Shown: positions 1 to 9,864 of the stretch, piece after piece
How positions within the stretch are numbered: the first letter of the stretch is position 1
Layout: each line of letters begins with the position of its first letter
NCBI GenBank assembly: GCA_040903985.1
Contig: JBBDUI010000002.1
Location: 671,469 to 735,468, forward strand
Origin: Candidatus Saccharimonadales bacterium
GTDB taxonomy: Bacteria; Patescibacteriota; Saccharimonadia; QS-5-54-17
Reading direction: 5' to 3'
Length of the DNA stretch: 64,000 nucleotides
The notes under the pieces: model-generated
Told to the model about the DNA's origin: nothing
The model's database searches: none
Seen by the model: the letters and a program-made list of their open reading frames with translations, nothing else
Position numbers and translations under genes: made by a program

Positions 1-70
1 GGAGAAGATCGAGATGTTCGGTGCTAGTGGTAAGGCCGTTTTAAACTAGATACTCTTAGGCTTAAGCTCG

Positions 71-122
71 GGTCTAAATCTTCAAAAATTGTCCGATCGG
101 ACAATTTTTGAAGATTTAGACC
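71..122. terminator. 52-bp perfect palindrome with A-run/T-run flanks; probable bidirectional intrinsic terminator or protein-binding inverted repeat
   Basis: The sequence ggtctaaatcttcaaaaattgtccga|tcggacaatttttgaagatttagacc is a perfect inverted repeat. A GC core stem is flanked by AAAAA/TTTTT. Its near-twin lies at 5256-5301. Confidence 0.5.
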
Positions 123-139
123 GAAGAAAATGGGTGCTG

Positions 140-900
140 GGGCGCGCGAAAGTTAAAATAAAGGCAAAGAAAAAACTTGAGACGTACACCGTGATCGGTG
201 GCGAAGGGTGACCTTCGCGTCTCAAGTTTGGCGTAAGGGTAGGACAGGTGGGGCAGCCGACGTGCACAGCTACGGTTACGGACACCGCGCGTACTAGAAC
301 GGCCGCCCCACCGGGGCAGATGGAGCGTGGCTGGAGCACACAAAAGACCGGGCGGCCTAGTATGCGGATAGCTACGGTCACCTGCCTACCGCCCACTAGG
401 GGCGGTCCTAGCTCGTCGTCCTCAGTAGCGGACACCCGGGGTGAAGGTGTCCGCTGCATAGGAGCGCCGAGCGCCGAGCCGAGGCAGATATCACCTCAGT
501 TCGGACAGTTTACCAAGAGCTTACGCCCATACTAGAGGGGCGTACCGCTGCACAAACGGTAGACGCGTGTGGCGTCCTAGCTCCTGGTTAGGTCCGGATG
601 TTGGGTATGGAAAGTGCGGGCCGCCCCACTACCTTCCGATTCGAACCTATCCGACTCTCTGAGGGTAACGACTTTCAACAGGTCACTCGGATCACGAGCT
701 TCTGCCGTCGGTACGTCGCCCCCCTACTCAGTCGGGTGCACTTTAACTATAAAGGTACTACTAAGTAATCCCGGGCAATTGGTGGATTACTGGCTATATA
801 TAATAGATGATTTGTCGGTCGTCTGGCAAGTTCAAAATCGAGACTGTGCGAATTGGCAGTCCCCGAGAGCTGTGTGACCGGTCTACAAGGGGCAGCTGAC
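140..900 (+). ncRNA. Candidate large structured non-coding RNA of unknown identity, in an ORF-free, G-rich region
   Basis: There is no credible ORF; only short ORFs with non-protein-like composition occur. GC is locally elevated, and multiple perfect hairpins are present: cttgagacg...cgtctcaag enclosing cgaagg-GTGA-ccttcg (GNRA loop), and gcggacacc-cggggtgaa-ggtgtccgc. A terminator-like palindrome lies immediately upstream. The identity is not established. Confidence 0.2.
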
Positions 901-917
901 GTGCTATCATAAGCATA

Positions 918-1922
918 ATGCAGCTAGCAAAAACCGTGAAAATCACTACGATCGGAGCCGCCGTCCAGGATGTATTCCTTATGGGTGAGGTGTTACGCGC
1001 CCGGCGGGACGTCAGGACCCATGATTTTGTCGAACAGTTTCCCTTGGGGGCCAAGCTAGAACTGGATAAGGTCATCTTTGACACCGGGGGTGGGGCCACA
1101 AATGCAGCCGTCACATTCGCCCGACATGGTTTTGAGACTCAATTTTTAGGTAAGATTGGCGATGACCCGGCTGGAGCGCACATTCTTCAGGACTTGCAGC
1201 GGGAGGGGGTGAAGACCGGTCGGATAAAGTGTGACTTAGATGGCACGACCGGCTACTCGACGTTACTATTGGCCCCGCGCGGAGAACGGACAGTGTTGGT
1301 TTACCGCGGTGTATCACAAGAGCTCAGTGCGGATGATTTCGATAACTTCGCTCGACTGAAGACCGATTGGCTATACGTCTCATCACTGAGCGGTAACTTC
1401 CCACTACTAGAGGCAATCGTGGCCTTTGCACAGAAGAGTGATGTCAAGCTAGCTATTAACCCAGGTTCAGCCGAATTAAAGCAGGCTGCGCGGCTGAAGA
1501 AGCTACTACCGAACTTCGCCGTAGTGAGTCTGAACAAGGAAGAGGCCGGTGAGTTGAGTGAGGCAAAGACGAGCGCACAACGGGCAGCAGATATCGCTCG
1601 TCTTGCCGACATAGCAGTGGTGACCGACGGAGCTAAGGGCTCGGCTGCTAGTGACGGGACGTCGATCTATCAAGCCGGACTGTACGAGGACACTCCAGTG
1701 TTAGATCGGACCGGAGCGGGGGACGCCTTTACCTCCGGTTTTGTGGCTAGCATCGCTCGTGGTACTGACATTCCGACCGCCCTCACCTTTGCCAGTGCTA
1801 ACTCTACCTCTGTCGTCGGGCAGATCGGAGCGAAAGCTGGAATTCTGACGGCTACGGCCAAGTACAAGAAGATGGAGATTAGAGAAACCAAGATTAATAC
1901 TCAGAAGGCCCCCGATGCTTAG
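918..1922 (+). CDS. pfkB-family carbohydrate/ribokinase-like kinase
   Basis: 334-aa ORF with a pfkB signature near the C-terminus (DRTGAGDAFTSGFV) and an N-terminal glycine-rich sugar-binding region. Confidence 0.8.
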   Translation: MQLAKTVKITTIGAAVQDVFLMGEVLRARRDVRTHDFVEQFPLGAKLELDKVIFDTGGGATNAAVTFARHGFETQFLGKIGDDPAGAHILQDLQREGVKTGRIKCDLDGTTGYSTLLLAPRGERTVLVYRGVSQELSADDFDNFARLKTDWLYVSSLSGNFPLLEAIVAFAQKSDVKLAINPGSAELKQAARLKKLLPNFAVVSLNKEEAGELSEAKTSAQRAADIARLADIAVVTDGAKGSAASDGTSIYQAGLYEDTPVLDRTGAGDAFTSGFVASIARGTDIPTALTFASANSTSVVGQIGAKAGILTATAKYKKMEIRETKINTQKAPDA

Positions 1923-3156
1923 TCGTCTCTTACTCGCTAAACAGCCGATGTTCGATCGTACCATCACTCAACTGGAGGCTCAGACTCATAACCGTTCGAT
2001 CGATGCGGCGCTAGTAGCCGAGCTGCTGCATACGGCACATGCTAAGATGCGCGTCCTGAAGCTGGATCCGGCCGATACCACCGGACCTGAGCTATATCGC
2101 ACTTTAGTTAACACCGTAGCTACTCATGACGAACATCTGGCGCGGGAGCTGGGCGGTGTAAATACTAGTGATATCCGCGAGATGGTGCCCTTAATAGTTA
2201 AGCGCATCGAGCAGCTTGATATACCACGGGATGGCTGGTTCTTAAAGCATGAAGTAGCGGAGCAGATGCTACTTCGTATGCCGCCTAAGACAATCATGGC
2301 TAAGCTAGGCTATACCAGCGCTAAGCAGATGATGAAGGAGGAGAATCTGTATGAGATTTACGGTGCTTTGCGATTTGCTGAGAAGGCCGATTGGCTGAAT
2401 GAGTACAACCAACAGTATGAGACCTTAACGGCGTCTGACTTCGAACCACGCCGGATCGAGGTGGTGCAGTTCGATGCGGATAAGTGGGGAGATATAGCCT
2501 CCCATTTCATCGAGAAAAAACTGCACAACATCACTCATCTTAAAGAACTGGGAGTGATCATGACCATGCCGGTACTCGGTTCACAGCCGATGCCAGGCAT
2601 TACGCTCAAGGTAATGCCCCTTATTCTACACTACTTTAATGAGATTCGACTCTATTCAGCTTTCTTCAAATTAATGCGCGAAAAGAAAAATTTCGGCGAG
2701 ATCTTCGTCAACACACTGATAGCAGACCCTTCGCCGGTTGAGGTTACTCAAGGTGAATTTATCCACTGGCGGGTAATCCAACGCTATTTCGGTAAGCTCA
2801 AAGACGAGTATCATCCAGAGATGTTCGAGCCACACGTTCAGCCCGAGGATCTGCACTGGCGAAAAGCCGAGGATATTCTCTATGAGGTCGACCCCGAGCT
2901 CGAGTTTTGGCGAGAGCTCGACTACGTCGGGTTGTTTATGAATGATGACGAGCCGGTAACCTTCAACCTAATGGATGTCTCACTCAGCTATTCAAATCAG
3001 TTAGAGTTTGAAGACCGCTACCTGTATCACTTCCGGGAGTCGTTGTGGAACGAGGTGTTTGTGCGTTATCTAGGGCAGAAGAATCTCGAAGATCGTATCC
3101 TTAAACGCCTCGACAACGCCCTGATCGCGCCAGAGACGATTACCGACTTCAAGTAA
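1915..3156 (+). CDS. hypothetical protein (413 aa), translationally coupled to the upstream kinase
   Basis: Long intact ORF that overlaps the kinase stop by 8 nt. I recognise no domain in it. Confidence 0.55.
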   Translation: MLSRLLLAKQPMFDRTITQLEAQTHNRSIDAALVAELLHTAHAKMRVLKLDPADTTGPELYRTLVNTVATHDEHLARELGGVNTSDIREMVPLIVKRIEQLDIPRDGWFLKHEVAEQMLLRMPPKTIMAKLGYTSAKQMMKEENLYEIYGALRFAEKADWLNEYNQQYETLTASDFEPRRIEVVQFDADKWGDIASHFIEKKLHNITHLKELGVIMTMPVLGSQPMPGITLKVMPLILHYFNEIRLYSAFFKLMREKKNFGEIFVNTLIADPSPVEVTQGEFIHWRVIQRYFGKLKDEYHPEMFEPHVQPEDLHWRKAEDILYEVDPELEFWRELDYVGLFMNDDEPVTFNLMDVSLSYSNQLEFEDRYLYHFRESLWNEVFVRYLGQKNLEDRILKRLDNALIAPETITDFK

Positions 3157-3251
3157 AATTAAAGGCGGAAAGTTGCTGGCGCGTCTCGACTTAGATCGAC
3201 TTGATAGTAGGTGCCTTACTGGCTGCGGCCAACTGATATACTGGTTTAAGT

Positions 3252-5213
3252 ATGCAGAAATTTAAGCTAGCTTCGGACTATCAACCGACCGGGGATCAAC
3301 CGGCGGCTATAGAACAGCTCAACACCGGCGTATCCCGCGGTGATACTGAGCAGACCCTGCTTGGTGTAACCGGTAGCGGTAAGACCTTTACCATGGCCAA
3401 CATCATTGCCGAGCAGCAACGTCCGACGTTGGTATTGAGTCACAACAAAACCTTAGCCGCCCAACTGTACGGTGAGTTTAAGCGCTTCTTCCCTGATAAT
3501 GCGGTGCACTATTTCATCAGTTACTTCGACTACTACCAGCCAGAGGCCTATATACCGCAGTCCGACACTTATGTCGAGAAAGATTCACAGATCAATGAGG
3601 AGATCGATCGACTGCGCCATGCTTCGACCAAGGCCTTGCTAGAGCGCAAGGATGTCATCATCATCGCTAGTGTCAGTTGTATCTACGGACTGGGGGCGGT
3701 CGATGATTACGCTTCACTAGCGATAAAACTGAAGCGGGGTGAGCTGCGCAAACGAGATAAGTTCTTACGTCATTTGACCGACATCCAGTATGAGCGAAAC
3801 GATATCGATTTCAAACGTGGCACCTTCCGCGCTAAAGGTGATATCGTCGATGTTTTTCCGATTGGTGACGAATCGGCCTTTCGGTTCGAGTTCTTCGGGG
3901 ACGAGATCGAGAACATTCGCCGCATCGACCCCTTAACTGGGGAGCTGGGCCAGAGTCTGGATACGGTGACGATCTTTCCGGGAAGTCACTTTGTCACACC
4001 GGAAAAGAAACTGAAAGCGGCGATGGGTAAGATCCGGACTGAGCTAAGTGAGCGCTTGCAACAACTGCAGGCCGACGGTAAGTTGCTCGAGGCCCAGCGG
4101 TTGGAACAGCGAACTAATTATGATCTAGAGATGATGGAAGAGACCGGTTTCGTTAAAGGAATCGAGAACTACTCTCGCTATTTAACTAATCGTGAGCCAG
4201 GTGAACAGCCAGCTACACTCATGGACTATTTTCCGGACGATTATTTAATGTTTATCGATGAGTCGCACATGACAGTGCCCCAAGTGAGGGGTATGTATAA
4301 TGGCGATCGGGCCCGGAAGGAGACGCTAGTTGAACACGGTTTTCGTCTGCCCAGTGCACTGGATAATCGACCGCTGACCTTTACGGAATTCGAACGCCAC
4401 ATGAACCAGACTATCTATGTTTCCGCTACGCCGGCCGAATTTGAACTGTCGCGCTCACAGCAGGTAGTGGAGCAGATCATTCGCCCTACCGGACTGATCG
4501 ATCCAGCCATCTCGATTCGACCTACGACGGGTCAGATCGATGATTTGATTGCCGAGGTGAGAGATACGGTGACTCAAGGACATCGGGTGCTGATTACGAC
4601 CCTGACTAAACGTATGGCGGAAGATTTAACCGAGTACCTGGCCGAGCTGGATATAAAGGTGCAGTATCTGCACTCCGAAGTCGATACGTTTGAGCGTAGT
4701 GATATCTTGCGCGATCTGCGGCTCGGCACTTACGACGTCTTAGTTGGCATTAATCTGTTACGTGAGGGACTCGATCTACCGGAAGTCGGTCTGGTAGCTA
4801 TCCTTGATGCCGATAAAGAAGGGTTTCTGCGTAGCGCTCAGGCACTGATTCAGACTGTCGGTCGCGCAGCTCGTCACGTCGAAGGTCGGGTAGTTATGTA
4901 TGCCGATAGGGTGACCGATTCGATGCAGCGTGCTATCGATGAGACCGACCGGCGGCGTGAGATCCAAGTAGCACATAATAAGCAGCATGGTATTACGCCC
5001 CAGGGTATCAAACGGGCGATCGAAGCTCGCATGCATGAAGAGGAGGCGGAGAGTGCGACCCCGAAAGTCGATGTTAAGAAGATTCCTAAGGGCGAGCATG
5101 CCCATGTGATCCGGGATCTTTCGGCTCAGATGAAGCTAGCCGCCGCTAACCTACAGTTTGAGGAAGCGGCCGAACTGCGAGACCTGATAGAGCAGATTAA
5201 AACCGCTCAGTAA
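3252..5213 (+). CDS. uvrB: excinuclease ABC subunit B (UvrB)
   Basis: 653-aa ORF with a Walker A motif (GVTGSGKTF), a helicase-like domain and a C-terminal UVR motif. The N-terminus ([10 protein letters not shown]) is typical of UvrB. Confidence 0.95.
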   Translation: MQKFKLASDYQPTGDQPAAIEQLNTGVSRGDTEQTLLGVTGSGKTFTMANIIAEQQRPTLVLSHNKTLAAQLYGEFKRFFPDNAVHYFISYFDYYQPEAYIPQSDTYVEKDSQINEEIDRLRHASTKALLERKDVIIIASVSCIYGLGAVDDYASLAIKLKRGELRKRDKFLRHLTDIQYERNDIDFKRGTFRAKGDIVDVFPIGDESAFRFEFFGDEIENIRRIDPLTGELGQSLDTVTIFPGSHFVTPEKKLKAAMGKIRTELSERLQQLQADGKLLEAQRLEQRTNYDLEMMEETGFVKGIENYSRYLTNREPGEQPATLMDYFPDDYLMFIDESHMTVPQVRGMYNGDRARKETLVEHGFRLPSALDNRPLTFTEFERHMNQTIYVSATPAEFELSRSQQVVEQIIRPTGLIDPAISIRPTTGQIDDLIAEVRDTVTQGHRVLITTLTKRMAEDLTEYLAELDIKVQYLHSEVDTFERSDILRDLRLGTYDVLVGINLLREGLDLPEVGLVAILDADKEGFLRSAQALIQTVGRAARHVEGRVVMYADRVTDSMQRAIDETDRRREIQVAHNKQHGITPQGIKRAIEARMHEEEAESATPKVDVKKIPKGEHAHVIRDLSAQMKLAAANLQFEEAAELRDLIEQIKTAQ

Positions 5214-5255
5214 TCTCCATTTGAGCTGATCGCTGAGGTACTATCGAGAACCGAG

Positions 5256-5301
5256 CATTATCTTCAAAAAGTGTCCGATCGGACACTTTTTGAAGATAAT
5301 G
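5256..5301. terminator. 46-bp perfect palindrome downstream of uvrB; probable bidirectional intrinsic terminator, a variant of the palindrome at 71-122
   Basis: The sequence cattatcttcaaaaagtgtccga|tcggacactttttgaagataatg has the same core as the first palindrome. The substitutions are compensatory (t/a becomes g/c), which preserves pairing. Confidence 0.55.
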
Positions 5302-5374
5302 AGATAGTAGGTGGTGTGGGCTGGGCGGTAAATTGGTTTGGCCGTGTTGTCGAGTAAGCGCTATACTAATTGAT

Positions 5375-5668
5375 ATGTCACAAATCAACCCCGAAGCTAT
5401 TTTGAAACTTGGCCTGCTGGCGCGTCTCGGCATAGATGATGAGTTAGCTGCCGAGCTAGCCCCCCAGCTAAAGGAGATACTCGACTACGTAGCCCAGCTT
5501 GATTCTGTCGACACCACTGACACCCCCACTACCAATCAAGTCACCGGTCTTAGTGATATCTGGCGGGTAGACGAGGTGCAGCCGTCTTTACTGACTCGGG
5601 AACAGTTGTTACAAAATGCCCCCCAAACGCAGGACGGTTATATCAAGGTAAAGCGGGTGATACAGTGA
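5375..5668 (+). CDS. gatC: Asp-tRNA(Asn)/Glu-tRNA(Gln) amidotransferase subunit C
   Basis: The product (MSQINPEAILKLGLLARLGIDDE...) matches GatC. The start is taken at the internal Met rather than the ORF-track start at 5333. The stop overlaps the gatA start. Confidence 0.85.
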   Translation: MSQINPEAILKLGLLARLGIDDELAAELAPQLKEILDYVAQLDSVDTTDTPTTNQVTGLSDIWRVDEVQPSLLTREQLLQNAPQTQDGYIKVKRVIQ

Positions 5669-7077
5669 GCTGGCCAACTTTAAGTGAACTGGTAGCTGAG
5701 CTTAAAGCCGGCCAACGAAGTGTGGAGGCTGTAGTGAGCGAGAGCTTAAAGCGAGCCGAGGCAGCTGTTGATTTCCACGCCTTACTGGAGCTTAATCCCG
5801 CTGCGCTGGAGCGAGCGAAGAGTCTTGATGCGGATTTGGCCGCCGGGGTTGTGCCGGGACCACTGTTCGGTGTGCCCTGCATTGTTAAAGACAACTTCTT
5901 AACTTCTGATACTAAGACGACGGCGGCCAGTAAGATACTAGAAACTTTTCAGGCGCCATATCAGGCTACCGCGGTCGAGCGATTAGAAGCAGCCGGAGCT
6001 ATCGTTATCGCGAAGGCAAACTTGGATGAGTTTGCCCAGGGCTCTTCGACCGAGAATAGCGCCTTCGGTCCGTCGAAAAATCCCCACGATAAGAGTCGAG
6101 TGCCGGGTGGCTCTTCTGGCGGTTCAGCTGCAGTAGTAGCTCTCGGTATTGTGCCTTTCGCGCTAGGCACCGATACTGGTGGTTCGATTCGACAGCCGGC
6201 CAGCTTTTGCGGAGTGGTCGGTTACAAGCCGACCTATGGACTAGTGTCACGTTATGGCGTGGTAGCGATGGCTTCCTCCTGTGACGTGGTAGGTCCTATC
6301 ACTAATTCGGTGAGTGATGCAGCCTATGTGCTAGACGTTCTGGCTGGCCCTGATCCGCGAGATTCTACCACTATTGAGCGCGAGGTCGATTACACTGTGA
6401 CGCGACCGGCCGATTTGCGAGGATTAAGGGTCGGTGTCATCGCCGAGCATTTATCTGAAACGGTCGAGCCCGGGGTCAAGCAAGAGTTAGGCAAAGCCGT
6501 TGATAAGCTAAAGGCTAACGGTGCAGTAGTGAGCGATATCAAACTACCGTTGGACAAGCTGGCGTTAGCGGTCTATTACATTATCGTGCCGGCCGAGATT
6601 AGTTCTAACTTAGCCCGTTATGATGGGGTGAAGTACGGCCTATCGGTCGATAGTGCTAACGATCTGCTTGAGACTTACCTACAGACGCGTGGGGCTGGTT
6701 TCGGGGCTGAGCCTTTGCGCCGAATTCTGACCGGGACTTACGTTCTCTCCAGCGGTTATCAGGAAGCTTACTACCAGCAGGCGCAGAAGGTACGAACATT
6801 AATCCGTGAAGATTACGCGCGCATATTCTCCGATTATGATGTTATTCTCGGTCCGACGGTGGCGACTACGGCGTTTGAGTTGGGGGCTAAACAGGATCCG
6901 TTGAGTATGTATCTAAGTGACAGTATGACGATTGCTACTAACTTAGCCGGAATTCCGGCGATTAGCTTACCGGCTGGTGAATCGGACGGTTTACCAGTTG
7001 GTCTGCAGTTGCAGGCGGCCCAGCGTCAGGATAAGCGGTTACTTGAAGTTGCGGCGGCGCTGGAGGACATCTTATGA
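5665..7077 (+). CDS. gatA: Asp-tRNA(Asn)/Glu-tRNA(Gln) amidotransferase subunit A
   Basis: The ORF carries the amidase signature GGSSGGSAAVVA and the catalytic Ser/Lys region. The operon context with gatC and gatB supports the call. Confidence 0.95.
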   Translation: MSWPTLSELVAELKAGQRSVEAVVSESLKRAEAAVDFHALLELNPAALERAKSLDADLAAGVVPGPLFGVPCIVKDNFLTSDTKTTAASKILETFQAPYQATAVERLEAAGAIVIAKANLDEFAQGSSTENSAFGPSKNPHDKSRVPGGSSGGSAAVVALGIVPFALGTDTGGSIRQPASFCGVVGYKPTYGLVSRYGVVAMASSCDVVGPITNSVSDAAYVLDVLAGPDPRDSTTIEREVDYTVTRPADLRGLRVGVIAEHLSETVEPGVKQELGKAVDKLKANGAVVSDIKLPLDKLALAVYYIIVPAEISSNLARYDGVKYGLSVDSANDLLETYLQTRGAGFGAEPLRRILTGTYVLSSGYQEAYYQQAQKVRTLIREDYARIFSDYDVILGPTVATTAFELGAKQDPLSMYLSDSMTIATNLAGIPAISLPAGESDGLPVGLQLQAAQRQDKRLLEVAAALEDIL

Positions 7078-7490
7078 TGGAGACAGTACCGATAGTATTA
7101 GGCGCAGCACTACTGTTTGGTTTAATGCTCTTAGCCGTACCTCGAGCTAGGGGTCATTCAATCAAGTCTATCGATAAAGCTCTTGTTAGACGGCGTTGGG
7201 ATGAGATTACTACTATTGCGGCTAAGCCTGATCAGTCAGCACGGTACGCTATTATCGAGGCCGATAAGCTACTCGATTACGTTTTGAAAAACCGTGGTTA
7301 TAGTGGTGAGACGATGGGAGAGCGGATGCGCTCGGCCGCCACTGATTTCAGTTATACCGATGATGTTTGGGAGGCGCATAAGCTACGTAATAAGCTAGTG
7401 CATGAGGCACAGTACGAACTTGAGAGTCATTTGATCAATCGCTCAATCACGCAGTTCGAGCGCGCCCTAAAAGACATGGGGGCACTGTAA
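7074..7490 (+). CDS. hypothetical membrane-anchored protein (138 aa) inserted between gatA and gatB
   Basis: ATGA start/stop overlap with gatA, and its stop directly abuts the gatB ATG. It has an N-terminal TM helix and no recognisable domain. Confidence 0.6.
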   Translation: MMETVPIVLGAALLFGLMLLAVPRARGHSIKSIDKALVRRRWDEITTIAAKPDQSARYAIIEADKLLDYVLKNRGYSGETMGERMRSAATDFSYTDDVWEAHKLRNKLVHEAQYELESHLINRSITQFERALKDMGAL

Positions 7491-8960
7491 ATGGCTCGGC
7501 ATGACTGGCAGGTAGATATCGGTATCGAGTGTCACGTGCAGCTGAAAACAGCCAGTAAGCTGTTCTGTGGCTGCAGTAATGATGCTCGTCTGGCCGAGCC
7601 CAACACCTTAGTCTGTCCGGTCTGCCTCGGACTGCCTGGTACCTTGCCAGTCCTGAACCGACGCGCGGTTGAATTGGCGATTATTGCCGGTCAGGCACTG
7701 AATGCTGAGATCGCTACGGAGACTAAGTTTGATCGTAAAAACTATTTTTATCCCGATTTGCCGAAAGGTTATCAGATTACTCAGTTTGATCAGCCAATTA
7801 TCGGTAGGGGTGAAATCGAGGTTAGTGATAGTGATCGTAGTTCCTTCACGGTCGGTCTGACTCGAGCTCACCTCGAAGAAGATGCCGGTAAACTAGCCCA
7901 TCCCGAGGGAGCAGATTATTCATTGGTTGATCTTAATCGTGCCGGTACCCCACTACTGGAGATAGTCTCTGAGCCGGATATACATAGCCCAGCTCAAGCC
8001 AAGGCCTATGCTCAGGAGCTATACTTACGCATGCTTTACGCCGGTGTCAGCGATGTCGATCTCTACCATGGCAACATGCGTTTTGATGTTAACGTTAGCG
8101 TGCGTAAGACCGGCACCACCACCTTGGGTACTCGGAGCGAAACGAAAAATCTAAACTCTTTCCGTAGTATCGAGCGAGCCTGTGAATATGAGATCAAGCG
8201 ACAGACTGAACTGCTAGAACAGGGCGGGTCGGTAGTACAAGAGACGCGCGGTTTTGATGAGACGAGCGGTACTACTATCTCGCAGCGGAGTAAGGAAGAG
8301 GCGATGGATTACCGCTACTTTCCGGAGCCAGATTTGCCGCCACTAGTAATCACCCCGGTGATGAAGCAGGAGATCATCGATACCGCCCCCCCACTCCTTG
8401 GTACGATTCGTCAACAATTAGCCAAACTAGGTGTATCGGCTAGTGTAGTTAACGGTCTCCTAAACTATCCGACATTGGTAACTAAACTGTTTGTTGAGCG
8501 GGATGAGGCGCAGGCAGCTAGTGAGCATCTAGCGCGGATCGCCAACTGGTTAGCTAATGTAGTAATCGCTGAATTAGGCGAGCAACCCGGCGAGTTTATC
8601 GCGGAGCCGACTAACTATTTCATGTATCCGGGTGAGTTGACTAAACTTTCCGAGATGGTGGAGTCAGGCCAGATCAGCTCTACTGGGGCTAGGCGCCTAT
8701 TAGCTGACTACTATACCGATTTTAAAGATCTAACGCAGAAAGCTGAGGAGCTAGGTCTGCTTCAGGTGTCGGATTCAGCCGAACTGGAGAAGATAGTCGA
8801 TGCGGTTATAGCCGACAATCCCCAAGCTGCCGCGGATGTAGAATCGGGTGAGGAGAAGGCGATCGGGTTTCTGGTTGGACAGATTATGCAAGCTAGCCGC
8901 GGTCAGGCTAATCCACAGAAAGTACAGCAGATTATCCGAGAGCGGCTCGGCCGTGCGTAG
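7491..8960 (+). CDS. gatB: Asp-tRNA(Asn)/Glu-tRNA(Gln) amidotransferase subunit B
   Basis: 489-aa ORF with a typical GatB N-terminus (IGIECHVQLKT...KLFCGC) and a C-terminal GatB/YqeY domain. Confidence 0.95.
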   Translation: MARHDWQVDIGIECHVQLKTASKLFCGCSNDARLAEPNTLVCPVCLGLPGTLPVLNRRAVELAIIAGQALNAEIATETKFDRKNYFYPDLPKGYQITQFDQPIIGRGEIEVSDSDRSSFTVGLTRAHLEEDAGKLAHPEGADYSLVDLNRAGTPLLEIVSEPDIHSPAQAKAYAQELYLRMLYAGVSDVDLYHGNMRFDVNVSVRKTGTTTLGTRSETKNLNSFRSIERACEYEIKRQTELLEQGGSVVQETRGFDETSGTTISQRSKEEAMDYRYFPEPDLPPLVITPVMKQEIIDTAPPLLGTIRQQLAKLGVSASVVNGLLNYPTLVTKLFVERDEAQAASEHLARIANWLANVVIAELGEQPGEFIAEPTNYFMYPGELTKLSEMVESGQISSTGARRLLADYYTDFKDLTQKAEELGLLQVSDSAELEKIVDAVIADNPQAAADVESGEEKAIGFLVGQIMQASRGQANPQKVQQIIRERLGRA

Positions 8961-9179
8961 ACCGGCCGGCACATAGGTCATCACAACGGCTATCGGTTCA
9001 GGGAGACACAATCTGCTACGGCAGCGGTAATAGGTCGGGCTACATTCAAGCGGTAGTTGAGATGGCTTTAAGTTTAACCCTGACCCTTAGCTCGATTTGA
9101 TGAATTTATACTTACTAAACAGCCTAAAATCGATAACTTATGGCTTGAAAAAGGAGGAGAATTTGCTATTATATAAGAT

Positions 9180-9449
9180 ATGGAAGCATTCGAAATATTA
9201 GTTGTAGTCCTCAGTATCTTGCTAGCCGTTTTTTTGATTTTGGCCATAGTACTATTAGTATTAGTTCTGAAGGTTGCTCGTAAGGCACAAGAGATTACTG
9301 AACGCATCGATAAGCTGAGCAGTAACTTCGGTAGCAGTATCGTTAAGGGGCTACGCAACAATCTCGATATGTCGGCCGTTTTCTCAGCGATGATTGCCGC
9401 CGGCCGTAAGGTTTACCGTAAGCGTGAACAAAATAAAGATGATAATTAA
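9180..9449 (+). CDS. DUF948-like small membrane protein
   Basis: 89 aa. It has an N-terminal TM helix followed by a charged helical tail, as in DUF948. Confidence 0.55.
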   Translation: MEAFEILVVVLSILLAVFLILAIVLLVLVLKVARKAQEITERIDKLSSNFGSSIVKGLRNNLDMSAVFSAMIAAGRKVYRKREQNKDDN

Positions 9450-9457
9450 GGAGGTGC

Positions 9458-9853
9458 ATGATGAGTAAAGACGACACCACTAAGAAAAAAGGAGGGTTCG
9501 CCCTGGGTGCCCTGTTTGGCGCTGCCGCTGGAGCGATTACCGGCTTACTGTTTGCCCCTAAGCGCGGCGATGAAACCCGAGCCGAGCTGAAGCAGAAGGC
9601 CCGTCAGGCCGAAGGCGAAATTAAGGAGCGGAGTACCACCGCCCGCGCTAAGGTGCAGGGCACTGCAGCAGAGGTTAAGCAGAACAGTAGTCGTTTAGGC
9701 AAAAAAGCCAAAGGCGTAGCTAGCGCCACTAAGGCAGCTATCACGGCTGAGACTAAGACCGGCTCTAAGTTGCGGCAGAAGGAAGCGGAAGCTCGAGCAA
9801 AAGACCTCAAGTCAGACGTTAAGCGTACGGTTAAAAAGACAACTAAGAAGTAG
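9458..9853 (+). CDS. YtxH-like protein
   Basis: 131 aa. It has a glycine-zipper TM segment (GALFGAAAGAITGLLFAPKRG), then a Lys/Ala/Glu-rich helical region typical of YtxH. Confidence 0.6.
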   Translation: MMSKDDTTKKKGGFALGALFGAAAGAITGLLFAPKRGDETRAELKQKARQAEGEIKERSTTARAKVQGTAAEVKQNSSRLGKKAKGVASATKAAITAETKTGSKLRQKEAEARAKDLKSDVKRTVKKTTKK

Positions 9854-9864
9854 ATTCCATACTT

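Noticed and set aside
336-640. RNase P RNA, SRP RNA or tmRNA identity for the 5' structured region
   Set aside because: I noticed partial similarities to RNase P CR motifs (ggaaagtgcgggcc, ggggtgaaggtgtccgc), to SRP domain IV (aggtccgga, gacgcgtgtg) and to a T-loop-like GGTTCGAATC on the minus strand. The order, spacing and complementarity of these do not fit any of these families, so I could not support an assignment.
82-1114. Short ORFs (75-125 aa) on both strands in the 5' region
   Set aside because: Their composition is non-protein-like (Arg/Pro/Thr/Ser-rich), they have no RBS and they overlap one another. This is more consistent with a GC-rich structured non-coding region.
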